Assembly (NCBI GenBank): GCA_045541795.1
Contig: JAZQJV010000009.1
Span: 7,460-71,459, forward strand
Direction of reading: 5' to 3'
DNA length: 64,000 nt
Source: Patescibacteria group bacterium
GTDB lineage: Bacteria; Patescibacteriota; Microgenomatia; UBA1400; PJMF01
Shown here: positions 49,763 to 58,494 of the stretch, piece by piece
How positions within the stretch are numbered: position 1 is the first letter of the stretch
How the letters are laid out: each line of letters begins with the position of its first letter
Program-made: the position numbers and the translations under genes
Notes under the pieces: generated by a model
Seen by the model: the letters and a program-made list of their open reading frames with translations, nothing else
Told to the model about the DNA's origin: nothing
The model's database searches: none

Positions 49763-50095
49763 ATGTCAGGATTAACCACAGCTTATCAAGTACCGACGCC
49801 AGATGTACTCATGATGGCTTTGTATCATCAAGACCAGGGATTGGCTCGTCGTGATGATTTGCTGCGCTTAGACAACCAGGCTCTGGGCGAGCTGACGCGC
49901 CAGCTTTTGCAGCAGGAAACAGCGGCACAAGAGGTTAACGATCCAGTGGCCGCTGATCTGGGGATGACGCATGAGGAATTGGTGGCGGCGTTGCAGGTTG
50001 GAATGGACGATCTAGACGCTGGGAGAGTAATGGATGCAGCTGAGCTAGACAGACAGATGAAGGCAAAATATCCATTTTTATGCCAAACAACGTAA
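49763..50095 (+). CDS. Putative antitoxin
   Basis: Acidic 110 aa with LQVGMDDLDAGRV motif; overlaps downstream ParE-like gene. Confidence 0.65.
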   Translation: MSGLTTAYQVPTPDVLMMALYHQDQGLARRDDLLRLDNQALGELTRQLLQQETAAQEVNDPVAADLGMTHEELVAALQVGMDDLDAGRVMDAAELDRQMKAKYPFLCQTT

Positions 50096-50421
50096 TTGTC
50101 TCTGCTCAGGCTAGTGAAGACATTGAGAGTTTGACGTCTTATATTAGTGAAATTTTCCATGCACCTGATGCTGCAGCAAAAAAATATAACTTAATCATGA
50201 ACGTAATTCTCAACGTCCTGCCTGAACATCCATATTGGCAACATCTGTACGAAGATGCAGATTACTACGGCCAGTCGGTCTACGTCTATAACGTAGATCA
50301 TTACCGCATTTTTCACGTGCCAGATGAAGCAGCGCAAACCACGCGCGTGATCCGGGTGTTGCATCAGTCGCAAAATGCTAGTGATCACCTAGACGCGCCC
50401 TCAAATACCCACAAAACGTAA
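50080..50421 (+). CDS. RelE/ParE-family toxin
   Basis: VIVSAQASEDIESL..YI, HYRIF, VIRVLHQSQN. Confidence 0.75.
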   Translation: MPNNVIVSAQASEDIESLTSYISEIFHAPDAAAKKYNLIMNVILNVLPEHPYWQHLYEDADYYGQSVYVYNVDHYRIFHVPDEAAQTTRVIRVLHQSQNASDHLDAPSNTHKT

Positions 50422-50447
50422 AAACCCCCGGCAGATACCAGGGGTTT
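50421..50447. terminator. Bidirectional terminator (parE-like and cassette D)
   Basis: aaaacccccgg-cagata-ccaggggttt. Confidence 0.7.
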
Positions 50448-50601
50448 AAAAACTTTAACAAATGAGTCAATAAGCTGTCGTCTGTAGCCAGGGAGCGTCG
50501 AATCAGGCTCCCGTCTGATGGACACGCAGTGTGCCGCTAGACGCAGAGCTTAATGAGCTCAACGAAAAAAACTACAGACTAGAGAAAAAACTAATTACGA
50601 C

Positions 50602-51840
50602 CTAGGATCTTTTCCTAAGGAAGAGAGGGATGAGGAAAAGACCAAGGAAGCTCGCGCCGGTATTGCAGCCGCCGCCACCGCCGCCCCCCTGACCGTCAGA
50701 GGTTCCGTTGCCAGAGTTACCCTGAGAGGACAAGTAAACGGTGATGGTACCGATTGCGCGGCCAGTCTTTGACTTTAACATTTTACTGCCGACGCCGTCG
50801 GATGCTGCTGTGGTCGCCGTCTCTTCTACCGTGTTCTTGTCATAGCTGAACTTAAACAGATTTGTACCAAGAAGGTAGAGTTCGCTTGAACCGCAGAAGA
50901 AGACGACTTCGTATTTCCCGTCGTCCTGACGTTTTACTGTCGGGGTGACGGGAGCAGCTGCGGTGAGATTAGCAACGCTGTTAAACAGGCTGCCATCTCT
51001 GTTGCTGATCACGTCTTTGCTTGCGAAAATCAGTTCTCCGTCTTCCGCATTAAGGATATCGGGATCACTGACTTCGCTGCCGTTGCGAACAAGGGCAACT
51101 TTGCTGGCATCACTTATCGTGAATTTCTTCCCGGAAGCTTTCTCTGTAGGAGTTGCGACTGCCCATTTTGAGCCTTCGGCACCTGTAAGAGTAAAGTATT
51201 CGGCGAAGTTCTCCGCAGTGATTTCTACGGTGTTCTGTTTCTCCAGATACTCCGCGTTCGGCCACCAGGTGGTGGTTTCAGCGCTGTTTCCAGTGGTGTA
51301 GCTCTGACCAGCAAGGATTTGATCCCCTGCCTGGACAGATACTGCACTCCAGGCCTGATGCACGGTAAACTTTGTGTTCGCCGGCACTGTCACCACGATC
51401 TCTCCATATGTTCCCTCTTTGACGAGGGTGAAGAGTGCGGTTACGTCCTTACTGGTAATCAGCTGCTCCGCGGAGTATTCCGTGATGTCCGCCGGGTCAG
51501 CATTTCCGCTATCGCCGTTGTCAGTTGCGGTCTCGTCATAAACGGATGCAGCACTTCCTACCGGAATCGTGCGGTTGCCGCCGGTTTTAGCAATACTGCC
51601 ATTGGAAGAGTCACTGACCCACCACTGGGCGGTAAAGCCCTCGGCGAGTGTGAATTCCACCGTGGTTACCGTACCATCGGTGGTCTTCATGCCGTTTGTA
51701 ACACCGGGAATTGCTTCCCATGTGCCATAATTGGCAAGTCCGGCCAGAGAGTTAACGACGTTGTCGGCAAAAGCTGCGGAAACTGCAAAAACGGAAAAAA
51801 CTACGAGCGCGAGAACTACTAAACCTTTACGTGTTGTCAT
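50602..51840 (-). CDS. Secreted surface protein with SYNERG-CTERM-like sorting tail (cassette D)
   Basis: AAGGAGG 51856-51850, start MTTRKG; signal ..VSAAFA; C-terminus GGGGGGGCNTGASFLGLFLIPLFLRKRS. Confidence 0.82.
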   Translation of the reverse strand: MTTRKGLVVLALVVFSVFAVSAAFADNVVNSLAGLANYGTWEAIPGVTNGMKTTDGTVTTVEFTLAEGFTAQWWVSDSSNGSIAKTGGNRTIPVGSAASVYDETATDNGDSGNADPADITEYSAEQLITSKDVTALFTLVKEGTYGEIVVTVPANTKFTVHQAWSAVSVQAGDQILAGQSYTTGNSAETTTWWPNAEYLEKQNTVEITAENFAEYFTLTGAEGSKWAVATPTEKASGKKFTISDASKVALVRNGSEVSDPDILNAEDGELIFASKDVISNRDGSLFNSVANLTAAAPVTPTVKRQDDGKYEVVFFCGSSELYLLGTNLFKFSYDKNTVEETATTAASDGVGSKMLKSKTGRAIGTITVYLSSQGNSGNGTSDGQGGGGGGGCNTGASFLGLFLIPLFLRKRS

Positions 51841-52060
51841 TGTAGACAACCTCCTTCATTGAATTGTAAATTTCCCATTTTGGGATTTTCGAAAAAGGAA
51901 CGTGCGCGACTGCCTGATTTTGATCCAAGTAACTTTTGTCTTGGCCGCCATCAGGAGTCAGTTTTTCTCACTTATTGTCATTTGTTAAAGAACGTTTCTC
52001 CCACATTGTCATGCTGGAGAAGTTCTCAACAGTTTGACTAATGTGATCAAAACTTAACAT

Positions 52061-52099
52061 ATTATATCACACTATAGGCTTTTTGTCAAGAGGCAATTT
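52061..52099 (-). promoter_or_regulatory. Conserved cassette promoter D
   Basis: aaattgcctcTTGACAaaaagcctatagtgtgaTATAAT. Confidence 0.85.
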
Positions 52100-52181
52100 C
52101 CAGGCTAAAACGGATTGATCGCACAAAATCGACTAGTAATTTGACACGCAAAACTGCACGGCGTGGCAGCTGACATTTTGC

Positions 52182-53414
52182 CTAACTTACGCCCTCCCCC
52201 ACCCGCAGGCCCGGCAGCGGCCGGTCGTCACCCCGAGCGGCAATGAGGCGCCACTCGCGCAGGCAAAAATCCTGGAAACGTTGGATGAGGATCGGCACCA
52301 GCAAGCCGGCAGCCAGATACAGGCAGAGCGTTTGCGACAGACCAAAGGCCTCATAATACCACCAGATGTCACTAAAGAAGGCGTCCAGGCGGAAATCTGA
52401 GAAGTAAGGTGTGACGACGCTGAGGAAGGCAAAAAGACCTTTGACAAGCATAAAGCCCAAAAATTGGTGAATCATGATGGAATAGGTGGAGGCTGAGAGC
52501 GTGGTGATAAGGCGGGAGCGGCCAATGGCGGGTGCGAGGATACGGGCGAGCCGCAACCAGAAGAAAATTCCGATATATCCGATAATAATCGGCATGATGG
52601 GGCCGTGGACAAAGTTATTTAGCCACATGGGCGAGTAATCTGGCATGTAGCCCAAGAAAGCGGCGATGAGATATTTGGCCGCCAGGAGTGCGGGCAGGAG
52701 GATATAGCTGGAGACGGTATCACGCTGCTCGAGCGTGGTGCGGTAAAAAGTCCCCAGAGCAAAAAACGGCAACAGGTGGAGCGGGCGCAAAAGCAGCAGC
52801 CACCAGCCCAAAGAAGTACCAGCCGGCAGATCGGCCGCGATAGAGCTGGCCAGAGCATTGCCAAAAATGCCTAAACATAGGTAAAAAATGAAGTATGCCC
52901 ACTCCGGGATGCGGTCGGTGTGCGTCTCAAAAGGCGCAAACAGCCGGCGCACGAGGACGTTAAACATCTGCATGAGGAAAAGCGGGACGACAAACCAGCC
53001 GCCGACATTATAGCGGAACTGGTTACCGTCGTAAAGGGGTGCCAGCAGGAGGCTATCGGGCGTGACAAAGCCGCCGATACTAAAGCCGTGTAAAGCCGTG
53101 ATTTTGACGATCCAGCCGTAAAAAAAGTTCCACAAATACATCGGGACGAGCAGTTTGAGAGCTTGCTTTTTGGCGTAGGATAAAGGATGAGCTTCATGAG
53201 TGCGTTTGTAAAAATATCCTGATGCAAAGGCAAAAATCGCCAACTGGACGCTGCCGTAGCGAAACCAGTCATAAAGCAAATCAAAGCCGAGGTGATATGT
53301 GACCGGCTGACCGTCGAGCGTGGTGCCGCCCATAATATGTGAGCAGACCACCATCGTAATGGCGATGGCATACAGGATACGGAAGCGGTAGTCTATAGTT
53401 TTGTTTTTATCCAT
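52182..53414 (-). CDS. Acyltransferase-3 family membrane O-acyltransferase
   Basis: AITMVVCSH, IFAFASGYF, WFVVPLF, YSIMIHQ; about 10 TM helices. Confidence 0.8.
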   Translation of the reverse strand: MDKNKTIDYRFRILYAIAITMVVCSHIMGGTTLDGQPVTYHLGFDLLYDWFRYGSVQLAIFAFASGYFYKRTHEAHPLSYAKKQALKLLVPMYLWNFFYGWIVKITALHGFSIGGFVTPDSLLLAPLYDGNQFRYNVGGWFVVPLFLMQMFNVLVRRLFAPFETHTDRIPEWAYFIFYLCLGIFGNALASSIAADLPAGTSLGWWLLLLRPLHLLPFFALGTFYRTTLEQRDTVSSYILLPALLAAKYLIAAFLGYMPDYSPMWLNNFVHGPIMPIIIGYIGIFFWLRLARILAPAIGRSRLITTLSASTYSIMIHQFLGFMLVKGLFAFLSVVTPYFSDFRLDAFFSDIWWYYEAFGLSQTLCLYLAAGLLVPILIQRFQDFCLREWRLIAARGDDRPLPGLRVGEGVS

Positions 53415-53488
53415 GTATGGCTATTATAGCACGGTTTGGCAGATAAAAAAGGTTGCATTTTGCGCCAAGATGTAGTATAATAGTGATA

Positions 53489-53890
53489 ATGTGGAAAAAG
53501 AGTAAAAAATTCATTACAAATTTAGTGCTAGGCGTCTTCCTGGCGGTGGGCTTGGTGCCGGCGATGGCACAGGCGGCGACAATTAGTCCTGATGAGGTCT
53601 TGCCGACAGCTTACAGAAATAAATTGCCGAGCGATGTGGGCACAACTGGCAGCCGGATCGTGTCGATCGTGATCGTAGTCGGGGCGGTACTGACTCTTGG
53701 TTACATGCTCTGGGGAGCGATTGATATGATCACAGCCGAAGGCGATACGGGCAAGCTGGAGGCGGCACGCGATAAAATCATGTACTCGATTATCGGCCTG
53801 ATTGTTTTGGCTTCTAGCTGGGCGATTTACCAATTGGTGCTTTTTGTGACCTTTGGCGGCAGTAATATCAGCGTCCCTACTTTGAGATAG
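53489..53890 (+). CDS. CPR-type pilin
   Basis: GAIDMITAEGDTGKLEAARDKIMYSIIGL; leaderless start MWKK. Confidence 0.83.
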   Translation: MWKKSKKFITNLVLGVFLAVGLVPAMAQAATISPDEVLPTAYRNKLPSDVGTTGSRIVSIVIVVGAVLTLGYMLWGAIDMITAEGDTGKLEAARDKIMYSIIGLIVLASSWAIYQLVLFVTFGGSNISVPTLR

Positions 53891-54104
53891 TGAGAAAAAT
53901 ATAGGCCGAAATGTGCGGGAATCGGTTTTTTATCCTATAATTTGACTTATTTTGATTAAAATTGGTCAATTTTGCCGGCAAATCGGTGAAATTGCTTGCC
54001 AAAATGGCAAAAAATGGTGTATAATATATCATAATACCACTTAGGTTAGCAAAATAATAAAATTATACTAACCCAAGCCGGATAAAAGCTAATAGAAAGG
54101 CATA

Positions 54105-54524
54105 ATGAAAAGCTTTTTGAAAAAATGCGCCGCGAGTGTAGGAGTGGCTACGATCGCGACAGCGAGCCTTTTTTCTCCTGTAATGGCCGAAGATGCGACC
54201 AACTTGTTCCGTGATATGGATCCAACCACCAATAACGGCGGTCTCAAGATCACGGGCAATGCCGGCAGCCTTTTCCGCAATGTGATCACGATTGTTTTCA
54301 TCGTGGCCGCGATCCTCACCCTTTTTTACTTGGTGATGGGGGCGATCAACTGGATCACTTCTGGCGGTGACAAGGGTAAAGTCGAGGACGCTCGCAATAA
54401 AATCACAGCGGCAGTCATCGGTTTACTGCTTTTGGCAGCTACCTGGGCCATTTATCAGCTGGTGATGACAGTCGCCTTTGGTACTGATACTCAAGGCATC
54501 ACGATCCCCTACTTGGCTCGCTAA
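54105..54524 (+). CDS. CPR-type pilin
   Basis: GAINWITSGGDKGKVEDARNKITAAVIGL; AGAAAGG RBS. Confidence 0.85.
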   Translation: MKSFLKKCAASVGVATIATASLFSPVMAEDATNLFRDMDPTTNNGGLKITGNAGSLFRNVITIVFIVAAILTLFYLVMGAINWITSGGDKGKVEDARNKITAAVIGLLLLAATWAIYQLVMTVAFGTDTQGITIPYLAR

Positions 54525-54540
54525 AACAAAAAAAGAAACG

Positions 54541-54567
54541 AAATCCCGGCTGCGGCCGGGATTTTTT
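54541..54567. terminator. Intrinsic terminator
   Basis: aaatcccggc-tgcg-gccgggattttt. Confidence 0.8.
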
Positions 54568-54634
54568 GTGCACAAATGACACGAGCGGAGAAACGAGACA
54601 AGATCAGTCTTGTCTGGGCCGGCAAAAGGCATGC

Positions 54635-56158
54635 TTAGTTTTGGTTTTCAGATTTGGGAGCGGCTGGCAGGCGGACTTTGGTGAGGTCGATGGCCGCCAC
54701 GTCATCCCCGCGGTAAAGATCCCAACTTTGCAGATACCACAAAAAGATGGCCGGCGGATCTTCGAGGAGGTCTTGCTGAAATTCTTGATACAGCGTGGCG
54801 CGCTCGGCGGAACTGAGGGGGCGGTCGCTGGTCGGGTCAATGGTCTGGCGGGCTTTTTCGAGTGAGTTGTCCACACGAGTGTTTTTGTAATGGGTGAAAT
54901 TGGTGGCCAAATCTGAGTGCCAGAGGCTGTATTGATCAGGATCGCGGGGGATTTGCTGACCTATAAGGAGTGCTTGGAAATTATTGGTATCGGGGATCGT
55001 CTGGATCTGGATATTGGTCTGGATGCCCAGGTAAGCGCAAGGGGTTTTGTCTTCAATTTTGTCACTTTCTTGGCAGGCCTTGACGGCGGCTTCGCCGAGC
55101 TGGTCCCAGTCTTCCTTGATGCGGGAGGCGACGTCATAATAACTGGCCGTGGTGGTAAGAGTAATTTCTATGGGTGCACCGGGCAATTCATCCAGGAGGC
55201 GCTCGACGCCGGAGTCAATATTTTTGTCATAGCGCTTACTGCCAGGGAAATAAGCAAAACTAACTGGGCTGATGGGTCCGAGTGCCCGGTCAAAACCGGC
55301 CCGGTCTTTTTCCACGCCGTAACTCAAGGCCTGGCGGACATTTTTGGTGAGGACGGGGTCGGCAGTATTAAAGAAAACGGCCAAGTATTGATTGGTGAGG
55401 CGGCGCTCTTGGACGGTAGTCGTCTCCCAGTCTTTGACCTCGTCAATATTGGTAATATCGGGCAGATAGTCTACCTGGCCGAGCTTATAGGCGTCTAGAG
55501 CTTGGTTTTGGGTGTAATAAAAACGGTAAACGTAACGAATACGGGTCTCCAGGTCATCAATGACTACTTGAGAAAGAGCGGAGTGCGAGCGGTCTTGCCA
55601 TTTGTAACTGGTCAGGCGGGTGTTTTTGAGACCGTAAACGTCAATATGACGGATGAATCCGTATTTTTTTGTCTCCTGGAAGCGTAGCACCGGATCGGTC
55701 AAAAGCTGCGGGAAACTGGCGAGCACCGCCGGGAGATCATAAATGACTTGGTTGTTTTCATACGTCACGCGGGCGTCACGCAAGTGATAATTAATGTCTG
55801 TGGCCTGGAGCGGTTGCCCGTCTGGCCAGTAGACGTCATCTTCAAGCGTGAAACGAAACCTTTTGCCGTTGTCTTCTAGCGCGAAGCGCGCGGCTAGATC
55901 GAGGCTGGCAGGCGTGAAGACGCCGCTTTCATCCATCTGGACGAGGCTGCGAGACAGCTGCCTGGTGATGTCTTCTGGTAAATTGGTAAGCTCATACTCC
56001 CCCACCAGGCCGATGTAGATCGTCTGCCGGTGAGAAAAATTGCGGAATAAATACGGTACTACCAAGGAAAAAAACACCGCTCCGATAACCAGCGCCAGCA
56101 AAAACTTCAATCCGTGTTTCCTGATGTAGCCAGTAATGTACCAGTATAATTTGATCAT
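54635..56158 (-). CDS. Peptide ABC-type substrate-binding protein (family 5), TM anchored
   Basis: WPDGQPL..D, VRQAL, DPDQYSLWHS, YQEFQ..LLEDPPAIFL. Confidence 0.82.
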   Translation of the reverse strand: MIKLYWYITGYIRKHGLKFLLALVIGAVFFSLVVPYLFRNFSHRQTIYIGLVGEYELTNLPEDITRQLSRSLVQMDESGVFTPASLDLAARFALEDNGKRFRFTLEDDVYWPDGQPLQATDINYHLRDARVTYENNQVIYDLPAVLASFPQLLTDPVLRFQETKKYGFIRHIDVYGLKNTRLTSYKWQDRSHSALSQVVIDDLETRIRYVYRFYYTQNQALDAYKLGQVDYLPDITNIDEVKDWETTTVQERRLTNQYLAVFFNTADPVLTKNVRQALSYGVEKDRAGFDRALGPISPVSFAYFPGSKRYDKNIDSGVERLLDELPGAPIEITLTTTASYYDVASRIKEDWDQLGEAAVKACQESDKIEDKTPCAYLGIQTNIQIQTIPDTNNFQALLIGQQIPRDPDQYSLWHSDLATNFTHYKNTRVDNSLEKARQTIDPTSDRPLSSAERATLYQEFQQDLLEDPPAIFLWYLQSWDLYRGDDVAAIDLTKVRLPAAPKSENQN

Positions 56159-56367
56159 GCCGCACTAAGGGTGAGCGAGAGCAGCGAGAGGAACACAAAG
56201 GCAATGATACAGATGATAGTGACGTAAAAAATTACCTTTTCGAGGCCTCTTTTGGTCGTGTATGTCTCACCGCCGCCGCCCCAAAAACCAAGGCCTGCAT
56301 CTTGTGATTGCAGCAAAACACAAGCGATGATGATAATTCCTAAAATGATCTGTCCAGTTAAAATCAT
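56155..56367 (-). CDS. secG: Preprotein translocase SecG
   Basis: VLLQSQDAGLG..GGG..TKRGLEKV, two TM. Confidence 0.9.
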   Translation of the reverse strand: MILTGQIILGIIIIACVLLQSQDAGLGFWGGGGETYTTKRGLEKVIFYVTIICIIAFVFLSLLSLTLSAA

Positions 56368-56410
56368 AGTCTTTATTATACCTTACTTTTTGTCATTTTT
56401 GCTGCCAGTT

Positions 56411-58078
56411 TTACTTGGCGATGGCCTGACCGCGGGTCTCCCGGATCACCGTGACGGTGACAGTACCTGGGAAGGTGAGCTGCGCTTTGATCTCATCACG
56501 GATGCGGTCTGCCAGGAGCGTGACGTCATCGTCTTTGGAGTGAGCCGGCTCGAGGATGACGCGGATCTCGCGGCCTGCCTGGATAGCGTATGACTTCGCC
56601 ACTTCTGGGTGCTCGTTGGCGATTTTTTCCAACTTTTGCAGGCGCTGCACGTACTCGTCGTAATTTTCGTAGCGGGCACCCGGGCGAGCGCCAGAGATAG
56701 CATCAGCGATGTAGACCGCGATCTGTTCTGGTCCAGTGAATGGTTCGTCCTCATGGTGCTGGGCGATGGCGTCAATGACGCCTTGCGGGAGGTTGTATTT
56801 TTTGGCAATTTTCACACCCAGCTCTACGTGTGAGCCGTCCACTTCATCGCTGACTTTGCCGATGTCATGCATGAGACAGCCGAGTTTGACGATGTTGACA
56901 TTGAGCCCGAGCTCGTGAGCGATGCGGATACCGATACGGGTTTCCTCAAGAGTGTGAGAAATGAGATTTTGGCCGTAAGAAAAGCGATACTTAAAGCGAC
57001 CCAAAAGCTGCATCAGTTCATTGGGGAGGTTGTAAACGCCCACGGCATGACAAAGATTTTTGCCTTCCTCAAACATCACTTTGTCGAGTTCTTTGCGGGT
57101 CTTGGCGACGATTTCCTCGATACGGGTGGGCTGGACGCGGCCGTCTTTGATCAGTTTTTCCAGAGAAATTTTGGCCACCTCGCGCCGCACGGGATCAAAA
57201 CAGGAAAGTTTTACTTCTGTAGGCGAGGCATCCAGATCGACGTCGACACCAGTCACCCGCTCAAAAGCATGGATGTTACGGCCGTTTTTGCCGATGATTT
57301 TGCCTTTGGCGTCTTCTGAGGGGAGGTTGACGGTAGACATGGTGTATTCGGCCACGTAGTCAGTAGCGCCGTATTTCATGGCGTCAATCAAGATTTCTTT
57401 GGCTTTGGTGTCCGCCTCAGCGCGCATTTCTTCTTCTTTTTGGCGCAGGATCTGAGCCATGTCTTGTGTCGCGCGGCGACGGGTTTGATTGAGCAAGTAT
57501 TCGCGCGCTTCGTCTTTGGTCATGCCGGCGAGTTCTTCCAGGCGGCCGAGCACATTTTTTTTGGTCTGCTCCACTTGAGTTTGCAGATCAATGAGCTTGG
57601 TTTTTTCCTTTTCCAGATAGGCTTCTTTTTGGTCCATCTGAGAAAGGCGTTGATCAATCCGTTCTATTTTTTGAGTCAGCGTGCGTTGCTGCTCCTCGGC
57701 CTGACGCAGGATCTTCTGGGATTCATTATCGGCCTGAGAACGGATGCTGAGAGCTTCGGCCTTGGCTTCCACGATGGTTTCTTTGGCCTGGGCTTGCGCC
57801 TCGCGGACTACGGAGCGCGCCTGATTTTGGGCTTGGTCAAGGATACGCTGCGCCTGAGCTTTGGCCTTGGCCTCGGCTTCTTGGCGTAGCTGCTCGTAAT
57901 TGATTTCTACTTTGGGGGCGGCGGGCTTGGGAGCCGGAGCCGGACGAGTGCCGCCGGCTTTTTTGGCGATGTTTTTGGATCGCTTGGCTGGAGACTGTTT
58001 GGTGTCAGTAGTCATGCGAGCAGTGCCACGCTTATTTTGGCTAGCGAATAATGATGATAAATTGTTTACAAATGTCAT
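56411..58078 (-). CDS. rny: Ribonuclease Y
   Basis: Coiled coil, KH (KGKIIGKNGRNI), HD (MHDIGK), ADAISGARPGAR. Confidence 0.95.
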   Translation of the reverse strand: MTFVNNLSSLFASQNKRGTARMTTDTKQSPAKRSKNIAKKAGGTRPAPAPKPAAPKVEINYEQLRQEAEAKAKAQAQRILDQAQNQARSVVREAQAQAKETIVEAKAEALSIRSQADNESQKILRQAEEQQRTLTQKIERIDQRLSQMDQKEAYLEKEKTKLIDLQTQVEQTKKNVLGRLEELAGMTKDEAREYLLNQTRRRATQDMAQILRQKEEEMRAEADTKAKEILIDAMKYGATDYVAEYTMSTVNLPSEDAKGKIIGKNGRNIHAFERVTGVDVDLDASPTEVKLSCFDPVRREVAKISLEKLIKDGRVQPTRIEEIVAKTRKELDKVMFEEGKNLCHAVGVYNLPNELMQLLGRFKYRFSYGQNLISHTLEETRIGIRIAHELGLNVNIVKLGCLMHDIGKVSDEVDGSHVELGVKIAKKYNLPQGVIDAIAQHHEDEPFTGPEQIAVYIADAISGARPGARYENYDEYVQRLQKLEKIANEHPEVAKSYAIQAGREIRVILEPAHSKDDDVTLLADRIRDEIKAQLTFPGTVTVTVIRETRGQAIAK

Positions 58079-58098
58079 TTTCTCTTTCTAATTACCGA

Positions 58099-58251
58099 AA
58101 GAGAAGTAGTAATCTAAATTAAGCCTGCCCGGGCAAACGCCCCGGGGACGTATGGCTGACCGGCAACGGCAGACTAGAAAGCAGTTGTAGATGTGGGATG
58201 CTGGTCAAGTCAATAATTTCTAACATAATTTATAATTAGTCAACTTCTCTT
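58099..58251 (-). ncRNA. ssrS: Probable 6S RNA
   Basis: Upstream of rny after TTGACA/TATAAT; closing stem aagagaagt/acttctctt, central bubble, inner tgacc-agca/tgcc-ggtca stem. Confidence 0.6.
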
Positions 58252-58374
58252 AATGATGCATCTATTATACCACAAAGTGGCGGTTTTGTCAAGGGGCAGG
58301 AAGTGGCGGTGCAGCGGGGTTTTGGAGACAGGTGAGTGAAAATGGAGGCGGGAGCGGCGTACTTGCGGGAATTT

Positions 58375-58451
58375 GGAATTTGGTGAGGAAATGTATCGTA
58401 AATGTTTGGAATTTGGTGTGGAAATGTATTGTAAATGTAGGGAATTTGGTG
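58375..58451. repeat. 33-bp tandem array left of AAA gene
   Basis: ggaatttggtg at 58375, 58408, 58441. Confidence 0.9.
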
Positions 58452-58494
58452 AATTGAGGCTTGACTTTTTAATTTTTTGTGTTATAATGAGTTC

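Noticed and set aside
49763-50421. Novelty of the TA pair after rpoD
   Set aside because: Ordinary antitoxin-ParE/RelE arrangement
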